Below the pieces are notes generated by a model. It searched no databases. It was not told the DNA's origin and worked only from the letters and a program-made list of their open reading frames with translations. A DNA stretch of 64,000 bases from Camelus dromedarius. Lineage: Eukaryota. Where the stretch lies: assembly GCF_036321535.1 (NCBI RefSeq), contig NC_087437.1, positions 98,768,001-98,832,000 on the forward strand. Reading direction: 5' to 3'. The position numbers and the translations under genes were made by a program. Of this stretch, positions 22,489-34,138 are shown piece after piece (position 1 is the stretch's first letter; each line of letters starts with the position of its first letter).

Positions 22489-25400
22489 GCTTAGTGGTCT
22501 TCCTCCAACATACTTCTAGAATTTCACTCTTAATTCCTATGGAGACCTTTGTTTTGCAGCAGGAATAATAAAACTAAAGTGTAGATGAAAATCAATACTT
22601 CCCTTCTAAAGTAGAAATCTTGTTTATATGCCTCTCGCCTTTATATTTGTATCTTCCTGTACCAGGTAATTTTTCTGGGTCTCCAGGAGAAGAAAGTACA
22701 AGGAATGACAAAATGAAAAAGAAGGGCGTCCTAGGAATTATGCTGTATCATTGATTTATAGTCACATGTAATATCTGCATCCCATTTTCTGTCTGTTCAT
22801 TCTAAGCAAGCACGATTCTTGCTAGTAATCAGCATCCTGATAGTCAAAACGGTCGGTAATATTTCCTTTGGAGCAGGAGTGTTCTTTTTCCCCAATTTCA
22901 AATGACAGACCTTTCGTTCTCTAAGGGATGCCATGCCTAGATTTTAAGACTAAACCAACAGTGTTGACAAACAGTGTAAGATTATTTTAGTGATTGATTC
23001 TAAAATTTGAGATAACCTGATTTTCTTCTAAAACTTGAAAGAGGCTAAATTGTCTTAATACCATATCTCACAGCAGAGGTCCCCTGGTACCTTAACATTC
23101 TAGGCTGTGCTTCTTCACTGAGATCACTGTCACCTCCTTTCATTCCTACTTGTAAGGTCATGCAGCTCTCTAGCCTTTCCCACAAGACTTCCCTCACTTG
23201 GCAGCTGTCCCTCCATGTATAGATATGGGATGGTTTGGAATCTTTCCCTTTTCTCTCATCCTCTGAATCAATTATCATCTTCCTAATTAAAGCACCTCTT
23301 TCATTAGCTTATGATGAACTGTACAGAGTAGTGTAGGGCACTTTGCATGAAAAGGCCCGTTAATGGCAATCTTATTAACATAGGCAGGACTCTCTCCAGG
23401 ATTGGTCCATCTCCTTCTGCCTCGGTCTCTCTGTCTCTAATGGCCTAGCTCACTCTTTCTCTCTTTTTTTCTTTTTAGGATCCATTCTTACATGGGGCTG
23501 GGGAGTGGCTGCAGTTTACAGCTTTTCCATATTTACAGTCAACTTGAACCAGGGGAATAAGGTACAGAAAATAATGAAACCATGAAATTGTTAATATTTT
23601 TCTATGTTAGGCTTCATGCAGCTGGAATATAATGAGATGATCAAGCCGAAATCTTTTTCAATCTTATTTCTTCCCTTATGCTACGTAGTTTTTATTTTAT
23701 ATCAACAAAGGAAAAAAAAAAATCAAAGTTGAAAAAGGATGTACAATGTGTGATGAAGAAAATACTCTAACAGAAAAAGAAGTGCTCCAGTAGAAATAGT
23801 CATAGATAATGTTGTATTTGTTCACTTAAAAATATTTATTGAGCGCTCCCCGTGTTCTAAGCTGGGGATACAGTAGTTAAGAAAACAGATAAACGTATAT
23901 TCTAGAAAATTGGTGCAGAGGGTACTATTAAATAATTCAGCATAGCATATAAAGTTTAAAAATATAATTTCAGGCCCAACATATTAAAAACAGAGTGATT
24001 TTGTAAAATATCATTAACATTATTTGACTACTCAGTAAATTGGAGTGTTTCCACTTGAAATATAAGAAAGTTACGGCAACCTGGAGTATGCTAGCTAGCT
24101 TCCTATTGGGGGAAAAGTATAATTCAACAATTTTGTGCTTAATATTTTTAGGAATATACATTCTCTTTAATTCTCTCAGTGTGCTTCTAGGTGCTTAGGA
24201 CTGTAAATCATCATAATAAAATGCCAGAATATGAGCATGGCATAATCATAATCATTACTTTTGGTCTAAATTGTTATGGAGTTAAAGGACTTATTCCTTA
24301 AGCAAGTATTTATTAAGGAAGACTTTTTTGTAAGTGAAATATAACCACAAATTAAGACACAGTGATTTTAATCATGTATGAGGTTATTTTCTAATGCCTA
24401 TTAGATAATCACTACACCATATTTCACCAGCAGAAATGCAAGAACATTATGCAATTGAGAGCATCACTTCTGATCAGATATGTATGTGAAGCCCAGCAGA
24501 TTTTTAAATCAGGGATTGTATTCTTCTGGCCACCTGGGGAAATAAGCAGCCAGGAAAATCTGGCTTGAGCTGGAAGAAGACTAATGCACTAACATTATTT
24601 ATGAAAGCATCATATATTCTGCTCTTCCAGGAATGATTGCAGTAAAGGTTTCACTGTGGTGTACATGAGAGGAAAATAGAACCTGGATTGTCTGACTCTG
24701 TGAAATTGCACAACCTACTCCTGAATAAACGTTAAAGACTTTGTCTCTAATTTTAAAAACAAACTTAAAAACAAATTATGATCTCACTAATTTTTGAGTT
24801 AAGATGGGGGCCTTTTCACAAGGTAATATGGTGTTACACAAGCAGATTTCTTAATATGCTATAGGACGGTTTGCTGAAGTTTTCTGAAAATTAATCAAGA
24901 CTCCAGACAGACACTAGGTTAACAGTCTTCATATCCACTACAAAGGAAAGGGCTCGGCTAGTTTGACTGAACACTTTTCTTCTTCCAATGGAGAGTAGTC
25001 ATGTGAACATCCTTGGTGACCTCATTGTTGTCTGCACTGGAAGGTCTACATTTTCTTTTAGAGCTGTATAATCAAATGGCCCATCAAATTAATTAATAAG
25101 ATTTTAATCTAATGCAGCTATCATGCTAATTAACTTGTCAAGTATGTACACAAATTTCCACACAAGTTATTTCTAAAATTCTTCGCAAGTGGGTATTTAC
25201 AACCGTAAGTGCAGGGAGTACTCTGCAGCAATGCACAAGAGCCTCGGGTGGAACAATGGCTGCTCCCTCGAAGGAGGAGAAACGGGCAGTGAGGAGCAAG
25301 GGATGCAGAAGAGAGACATTTTTTATTATGTACTTTTTGCATTTTGAGTCCTATGCCATGAGCATATATTAACTCTTCAAAACAACTTTTTTTAATTAAA

Positions 25401-26269
25401 TCTTTGCACAAGATCCAACAAAGGAAAGTCAGTAAGGAGAAGGTAAGAGAGGGACAAGAAAAGGAAGGGGAAAAAAAGAGGATTTGAGAAGGAAGGATAA
25501 GAGAAGTAGGAGAAGATAAACATTCTACCACTGTCTTATTGCTACGAAATTACTCTGGTCTGAAATCCCCTTTTCTTCCCATCCCCACCCCCCGCCCCCA
25601 ACAAAGTCTGGATCTAGTTCAAGTCCCTGTTGTCTCTCACCTGACTGACAACCAAGGCATCTCTCAGTCTTCTCTGATTCCAGTGTTATCTGCTCAAACC
25701 TATCCTCCACCCAACTGCCGCTCCTTAAAACCCATCCACAGAATTCACTTCCCTGCCTGCTTCTCCACCACTGGCTCTCATTTCCTCCCACATTGCACTT
25801 GAAACTCTAGCAGCACTCAACCACTTGTTTTTCCTTTAACGCTATATTCTATTTCTTGTTCATTATACTATTGCTCGTGTCATTCACAGTATCTAAAAAA
25901 ATGCTACAGCCTCCCCTCCTGTTAGTGACATTACTTTATAAGTAGCTGTTTGTGTAAGTTGTTTCCACCCTGGACTGCAACATGCCCTATTCACATTGGT
26001 ATGATCAGGACCCACTATTTGACCTGGCACATTGAAGACGCTCAGTATATATTGGCTGACATTTAAAAAGAGAATGCCCTTGACCCCACTTTCTGTGATC
26101 CTAAGAAAGGCATTTCACCTGCTACTTCTCTATTTGTTAAATGGAAGAGCATAATATACCTAAAGAATTCCTCTCTTCTGAGATTATCCATCCATTATGG
26201 TTTGCATTGTATCTAGAACCCAAAGGTGATAGTATCCACATCATTGTATGTATCATAATCATCAACTTC

Positions 26270-26475
26270 CTCACATTTTTATTATGGAAATTTTCAAACA
26301 TACTCAAAAGTAGAGAGAATACTTCAGGTGTCAACATCTTGTCAATTTTATTTCATCTATCTCCCGAAACACATATGTTTAAAGCAAATCTCAATCATTG
26401 TAACATTTCACCTATAAATACTTCATGCTTCTCCAATACATACAGGCTTTTTTTTAACATAACAACCATAACAAC
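26270..26475 (-). mobile_element. Old L1 (L1MC/ME) 3' end fragment
   Basis: 'ttttattatggaaattttcaaacatactcaaaagtagagagaata...tttaaagcaaatctca'. Confidence 0.7.
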
Positions 26476-27272
26476 CATGACGATGAGTGGCATTTATCTA
26501 TGATAAGTATGATCTATCTTAACATTTTAAATAATTTTATGAGGAAGTCAAAATTCTAAAATCATTTTCAATATGTTTAAATAATTGAGGCATAACTCTA
26601 CTTTGTGGACATTTCTCCTGACAGCAACTGGCAAAGATTTAGTGAAGATTAACAGTCTGCATTCTTGCAGAAGGCCAAGGACTGGGTGTTCAGGTCAGGC
26701 CTGAAGGGCATTAAAAGAAGTCAGGGCAGGAAGATCCAAACAGCCTAGCTATGACACTCAAACTAATGCTACTAACTCCAACTCTCATATGCACTAAATT
26801 TAGATCTAAATTTTTTTAGGAAATATTAGTCTTTCTACTTAAATTATCAAAGATAACCCTAGAGTAACAAAACAGCTTTGCTTCAAAACTATCATCTTTA
26901 CATGATTGTCACAATAATCCTTTCCTATGTAAGTTGTAAGTTGGTGCGAATGTTTTCAGTACACTTAGCGTCAATATTTGTTCAATCCCGGAGCTCTGAA
27001 AAAAGGAAAGCTGATGTCAATAAATCTAATCATGAGCAACCTGATTCCCCGGGTGAGCCAGGGACACAGCAGTTTCACTCTTGGAGTTACCTGCAGCTAC
27101 CTGCTGAAAAATGTATGACTGTCCCGGGAACATTAGCTAAAACTGCCATTTGGTGAAATGCTTTGTTGAGGCTGAACAGACAATTTTCCATACAGAGCAG
27201 TAAAATAATGGATCGCTGTAAAGGAGATAAACTCATTTCCTTAAAAAAAATTAGTGGGTTTGTTTATTTATA

Positions 27273-27648
27273 CAGTTGATCCTTGAATAACATAGGTTTG
27301 AACTATGCTGGTTCACTTATACACAAATTTTTTCAATAAATGTATTGGAAAAAATTTTGGAGCTTTGCAACAATTTGAAAAAACTAGCAGATGAACTGGG
27401 GAGCCTAGAAATATCAAAAAACAAATTCAGAAAAAGGTAGGTATGTCATGAATTCATAAAAAGTATATATATTTATATACTTACACAAAGTATGTATTAA
27501 TTGACTGTTATCAGTGAGGCTTCCAGTCAACAGCAGGCTATTAGCAGTTAAGTTTTGGGGAGTCAAAACTTACAGGTAGATTTTCACCTCTGGAGAGGGT
27601 AGGGAGGGGGTGGGTTCCCCAACCTCTGCGTTGTTCAAGGGTCAACTG
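27273..27648 (+). mobile_element. Tigger2a-type (TcMar-Tigger) non-autonomous transposon
   Basis: TIRs cagttgatccttgaataac / gttgttcaagggtcaactg, with a TA duplication on both sides. Confidence 0.9.
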
Positions 27649-30600
27649 TATATGTGAAAGACTGAGTACACGCAAGAAGAGAATACATGCCAATAGTCCA
27701 ATTAAATCCATCAATCTTCAAAACAATTGTACAGTTTTCCAACCTGCTGACTTGTTCTGTTTACTCAGATTTTCTTTAAGAATCCTAAAAATAAAATGTG
27801 ATAATGATGACAATTAACCCTAGTTTAAAACACAAAAACTAAAAAAATACCCCAGTACTATGCTAATAATCCTTAAAGAAAATAGCAACAACTGACTTGC
27901 CTTTGTTTTGTTTTTACTTTAAATTATGTCAGTTTCATTAACCGCACAAGTCTACTGCTTGGTTTGTCACTGGTGGATGTTAATCATTTTTCATACTTTA
28001 GCAATGTTTTTGTACACATCCAAACATGTATGCAAGTTGGCATGAGAAGAGAGGCAGTAATTAAATACTTTAAACAGCTTACACTTTATAGATGAAAGGC
28101 TAATGAACTATGCCTGTGGTAATAATCTGACTGCTTCTACATAATTTTCAAATTTGTTATTTTTGAAAATCTAGTTTTGAAAGATTCGATCTACTCGGGG
28201 TTAAACTATGAGGCTTTGCAAGTTTATATGTAATAAAAAAGACAATGTGTGAAAGAATGATCTTTGGATTGGGGGAAATCTTTCACAACTATCACTACTG
28301 CTACTGCAAACCTTTCTCTTTTGGCAGGATTTTGTAATTTTCCAATGACATTTTAACTTCAATTTCATTTGACTTCACAATTACCTATGAGTTAGAAAAA
28401 GCCCATTATCACTCATTGTTCTCCAAAGTTCAGAGGAATTGCAAAATAGGCAACTTTCTGGGTTGCTGGAAATGTTACATACCTCGATCAGACTTGTGGT
28501 TACATGAATGTATACATATGTAAAGTTCTGTCAAGCTATACACTTACAAATTCATGCAAGTTATATACTTCAATAACAGTATTAAAAAAGAATATGGTCA
28601 AAGTGACAAATTGGGTGTAAACTAGAGAGGTTTTCATGTATTACAATATTTAAGCCCTCTTAAGAAATGGTCAGTAGACCTTTCTTGCTGAAATAATACG
28701 ACTATTCAGTTAGATAAACAAACACTCACTGAAGTGGCAAGAAATTTTGTTTACACCTTAGTAAACAAAATGCAAAATCATTTCCTAGTCTAGTAGTCAA
28801 TGTCCACACCGCTTTTAGAAGTAAGATAATACATAAGGTGATTTCACTGACTACTTAGTGCAATATCCAATTACATAAGTAGCCGCTTAATTAATAAATA
28901 GAAGCAAACTAGATGTTCCCTTTGTTTTTTCAGGATTCAGCCATTCCAACTCCTTCTCCAATGGACCACTAAGTTGATCTTGAATCATCACAATTATTTT
29001 ACTTACTTAAGTTGTGTGAATTTACCCCTCAGTTATCCAGCACTGACCTGGAGAAATTTGTGGGGTATGTTGGATCACAGTATAATGAGGCATCGCAGCT
29101 TTATGGTAGCAGGATAAAGTAGAAAGGGTTGATGGACATTTCAACATTGACTTGGCTATTGCCTTACAAGCAGAGGATACTGAAAACTCAAATCAATTGT
29201 CTAGTGACAATATATAGCGCTCAATGTTTTCTACAGCTCTCTAATTTGCAAAACATTACGTGAGTAACTTGTGCATACAGAAAGATTTCAGAGCGATTAC
29301 AGCAGTCCTGGCTATGGCTGACACAGGTTATCATATCTAAGTGTGTTCCAGCCACACCTAAGGAATAGAAGAGCCACATAAAAACATGCTTCATATGTAC
29401 CAATGCTTACAGATCTCAAAGGACTTAGGCACAGGAACTAATGTATTTCCACCAGACTTAGCAATACTCTAAGACAGAAAGGTACAAATGTTTATAAATT
29501 GCATCTTATTATGCATAGCATCACTTAAAGAGTACTGATGGTATATTCAGGAACAAAATGCTTCTCTGTCCCAAGAGAATAAAGGAAGAAGGAGCCTGCT
29601 TTGGGATTTTAAAAGTAACCTTAATCCAAATGACTTATGATCTTTTTTTATGGCTCACGCATACTGTCAGTTTAATGTTGGTTAGTGTGATTTAAAATAA
29701 TTTTAATGAAATAAATCAGGCTGTCTTGCAGTTCTTTTGCTTCTCGTAACAACAAAAATAAATGAAAAACGTTTGTATTAGTTATTCCTTTGTAGAATGA
29801 ATAAGATATTAGAATGCATAGAATTTTGTGCTAAGAGAGGAAGCAGGACAAAATGACAGTCACTTACAAGCTATAAGTCATTGCCAAGATCACAGTCACC
29901 CAACCACGCTGATTTCTATTTACTCTGTGTGTGTGTGCACATGCATGCACACACAATATAGTTTTGTTTCATTACGATCCTATCAGATAGCCTCTTTTGA
30001 GTCTCACTGAATTTTTGTTGAAACGTCCACACATTTCTAGGGGAAATCAACTAAAAGAGGATTAAATGGCAACCTTGAGTTGAATTAAATATGGATTGTA
30101 CACAGTATTGGCATCTGAATTAACTCTCTTGGGCATTTATTTTTAATGCAATACTGTAATTGTAACCTCTCTGCTTAGTTTTTCATTTCACATATGCTTA
30201 TGTAAAATTTAGTAAGAATAAGACGATTGTTTTTAACTTAGAGATATCAGAATGATACAAACGGTAATATACAGCTAGAAATATTATTTTCTCTGAGGCA
30301 GAAAAATCTTTCTGGCACAAAACCAAAAGCTGCATTTTCTTGGCTTTTGTCTTAAAGTACAACTGACAGCCATGAGTTAAGGAAATAATTACGGGAAAGG
30401 ATGCAGAGGAATATAAACCAAGGGAGAAGAGACATGTAATACCTCTGAATTACAACTTTTTATGGTCAGCATTTTTATTTGTAGAGATAGTCTGACTATG
30501 TATTATCTGTACATAAATAAACATGCTCCCAGTACATGTAAAATATTTATAAATTATCTGTCAGGTGCAAGTACTTATGTATACTTGATGTTTATTGCTA

Positions 30601-31173
30601 CTATCACTACACAATCGAGGCACTTTAAGGAAATTAAAAACACAAGTTAGTTTAAGCTGTATCTGTAATAAATTCAACTTCATAAAAATAATTAATCCTA
30701 CAACCGAAGTATAATTTTGGTAGATGGACTTCCTTTTTAAATAATGAGTAAAAGTAATCAGTGAAATATTGTTTACAAGGATTTGGATTAAGATGGTGCA
30801 TTACAATTGCATTGTTTAATTTTCCTCCCATAAAATTAAACAAAATGAGCAAAAAAAAAAAAAACCCACAAATAAAAGCAAATCAAAAAATGTTCACCAA
30901 CAGTCGTGAAACAAGAACAAGAGAATAATAATATAACGCAAATTAATACACTAGTCCAAAGAAAGAAACGAATGTTTCTGGAGGAGAGGGAAGAAGTGAA
31001 TGAAGGGCTCTCATTTATGCCCTCAGCCTCAGAAAGAGCTTGTCAGTGCGCCCTAATATAGTATAAATGGTGCAAAGACAATCCAATTGTTATCTTTTTC
31101 TTCTGACTGAGCACTAATGGAAGGTACTCCAGGAGAAAAGTGGGTGAAGTCAGGGAAAATGAACAACAGGATA

Positions 31174-31235
31174 CCTCTGCCCTATTCCAGGGTTTCACAG
31201 TTACTAGGTGGAGTGACCCTGGAATAGGGCAGAGG
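31174..31235. repeat. Perfect 20-bp inverted repeat with a 22-nt spacer
   Basis: cctctgccctattccagggt (31174-31193) / accctggaatagggcagagg (31216-31235). Confidence 0.95.
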
Positions 31236-32116
31236 GCTCAGGGCACAGGACAGAGGGCAGAGCCCTGAGTTCTAAAAAGGATTATGTGCCCCTTTCTCTG
31301 AGCTCTCCCATGTGCATAATCACCTTCACTCCTCCCCACTGCCTCACTACAGAAAATTAGCTAGAACATAAAATATTCACCTTTCAGACTCTAGCTTGGA
31401 GGTGCAGAAAAATGGATCGGGAAAGTGTAGTGTAGTGCCAGCCACTTGAATTTTTAAAGGAAATTAAAAATTTGAACCCAGCCACTCGCATTTAAGCAAG
31501 ATGAAAAGATAAGACTTCATCTTAGAGGAAAAGATGAATATACCACTTAAAAGCAGAAGAAAATTCCTGCCCTCTGTAAAATAACTCCGTAAGAAAACAA
31601 ATTCAGTAAATCGGGCACTCAAAGACAAGCCTCCTTTTCAGCGCTAAACCCCACCATCACACTGGAGCTGAGTGCGCACGTGGACCAGCTCAGCTCCAGT
31701 CCTCCCCCGTACATTTCTCTGCTGAACCACCACCCACCTCCAGATTCTTATGTTTTAATATCATATTTCAGCTCACAACAAGCACATCCATCCAGAGGTC
31801 ACAGTCCCTTACTCCCACTGTCAGTCTTGCTTCTCCACATGACCTCCAGTCACTCAGCCTCTGCAGTCTCTCTAATCTCTCATCCCTTCTTGTTCCAACT
31901 TACTTCCCCATCCAGTTTAGGTTCTATGAACTACAATTCTAATTAGCTCTTACCAATAACCCCATTCTAGAAATATTTTCTCTCTTGGTTTCTGTGAATC
32001 CACTTTTTCTTGGTTTTGCTCTGGTATCTTCTGCACTAGAACATTCTCCTACTATTATTTCTGGAGGCGAGTCCTCCCTCTGGGTTTATCTCTGCCCTCT
32101 TCTGTCCTTTCCACAA

Positions 32117-32645
32117 GTATCAGTTTCCTTTTGTCACTGTAACAAGTAACCACAAACTTTAAAAAAAAATCATAAATTTATTCATTTATAGCTCTAGAGG
32201 TTCAAACTCCAAAATGAGTTTCACTGGGTGGAGGTCAGGAGGTCAGCAGGGCTGGTTTCTTCTGGATTTTCTGAGGGGAGAATCAGTTTTCTTTCCTTTC
32301 CAGCTTCTATTGTGCACCCGCAATTTTTTAGCTTGTGGCCCCTTCCTCTGTCTACAAAGAGTAGCACCCAGGCTCTGCTTCTGTCATTGCACTGCCTTCT
32401 CCCCTGACTTTAATCTCTCCTGGGTCTCCCCTGTAAGGAGCGTGACATTACATTACATCAGACCTGCCCACATAACCCAGGATAATCTTAATCTTGTCTT
32501 AAAAATTCTTAATTTAATTACATCTAAAAAGGCCTTTTTGCATATAAAACAGCAGTTTATATGCTGTTTCAAGGATTAAATTCCACGGATTAAAATAGAC
32601 ACATATTGGGGGTGAGGAGAGGCATTATCCAGCCTTCCATACTAT
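32117..32645 (-). mobile_element. MaLR LTR (MLT1C/D-like)
   Basis: 'gtatcagtttccttttgtcactgtaacaagtaaccacaaactt...ataacccaggataatct...cttaatttaattacatct'. Confidence 0.85.
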
Positions 32646-32868
32646 ACATTGTTTCTAAGGTTTCAATTCCAAAGTCCTTAACTATAACTTATATATTAAA
32701 GATTCTTCTGTTGGGACTCTCCATGGAACATGCATACATGGCATGGCCTTAGATTGAGTATGACAATCTTTGCTCCTGGACCAACACTTCCATATTTTGA
32801 GGAGAAAATGACATCAAAAACAATGCCTTTACAGTAAACATTGCTTTTTGATAATTTATGGAATCTTT

Positions 32869-33418
32869 TTTTTTTCACACTTTAAAATTTATTTAAAATC
32901 TATCAGGTAGTACCTTGCGTGTGTCACTTGACTATTTCAGTTACCATTTCTTTTGAATTACCTCTTATTATCGTTTGTCCACTGGGTTCTTTTCTTTTTC
33001 TTATTTTTTTTTAACATTTTTTATTGATTTATAATCATTTTACAATGTTGTGTCAAATTCCAGTGTTCAGCACAATTTTTCAGTTATTCATGGACATATA
33101 CACACTCATTGTCACATTTTTTTCTCTGTGAGTTATCATAACATTTTGTGTATATTTCCCTGTGCTATACAGTGTAGTCTATTCTACAATTTTGAAATCC
33201 CAGTCTATCCGTTCCCACCCTCCACCCCCCTGGTAACCACAAGTCTGTATTCTCTGTCTGTGAGTCTATTTCTGTCCTTTATTTACGCTTTGTTTTTGTT
33301 TGTTTGTTTGTTTTTGTTTTTGTTTTTTAGATTCCACATATGAGCAATCTCATATGGTATTTTTCTTTCTCTTTCTGGCTTACTTCACTTAGAATGACAT
33401 TCTCCAGGAGCATCCATG
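32869..33418 (-). mobile_element. Young L1 3' end plus 3'-transduced unique DNA
   Basis: TSD ttatggaatcttt at 32856-32868 and 33419-33431 encloses poly-T, ~110 nt of non-L1 sequence, a second T-rich tail and the L1 3'UTR. Confidence 0.85.
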
Positions 33419-33808
33419 TTATGGAATCTTTAATCTCAATTCTTCAAGGTTTCCCAGAGCTAGAGTTGTGATTAGCAATAGTCTAGATATTTTTTGATGA
33501 TATCCTGACTTTGTGATGGGGAACCAGGAAGAGAAATGTGGTCCTCGTTATCACTCCACCTTCTGGTAACCCCACAAACGTGACACAGGGTCTTCTAATT
33601 TGATTATGTAAATAACATGAAGAGAAAGAAAAGTTAGGGCCCCTTTACCTGAATAGCTTCAGTTCAAATAATGTTCAAGATCATTAAAAAAAAAATAGAA
33701 AGCTACAGAACACCATCATAGTCTTTAATAAGAATGCTTGCTAATAAATTTGATTTCCTATCTCCATTCAGCCTTCTGAATAATTGAATAATTAAAAAAT
33801 ACAATCTG

Positions 33809-34138
33809 GAATCTAAAAAAAAAAACAAAAACAAACAAACAAAGCATAAATACAAAACAGAAACAGACTCATAGACATAGAATACAAACTTGTGGTTGCC
33901 AAGGGGGCAGAGGGTGGGAAGAGATAGACGGGATTTCAAAATTGCAGAATAGATAAACAAGATTATACTGTATAGCACAGGGAAATATACACAAGATCTT
34001 ATGGTAACTCACAGAGAAAAAAATGTGACAATGAATATATATATGTTCATGTATAACTGAAAAATTGTGCTCTACACTGGAATTTGACACAATATTGTAA
34101 AATGATTATAAATCAATAAAAAGTGTTAAAAAATAAGA
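33809..34138 (+). mobile_element. Young L1 3' end with 15-bp TSD
   Basis: TSD aaaaaatacaatctg at 33794-33808 and 34139-34153, at a TT/AAAA endonuclease site. Same subfamily as 33013-33418. Confidence 0.92.

Noticed and set aside
22780..23290. Minus-strand exon-like ORFs (MASLRERKV..., MIIDSEDERK...)
   Set aside because: No recognisable protein and no consistent splice-site chain.
24850..24990. Second CR1-type RT remnant on the minus strand (INFQKTSANRP vs LDFQKAFDKVP)
   Set aside because: Similarity is too weak to call by eye; it needs an nhmmer/Dfam search.
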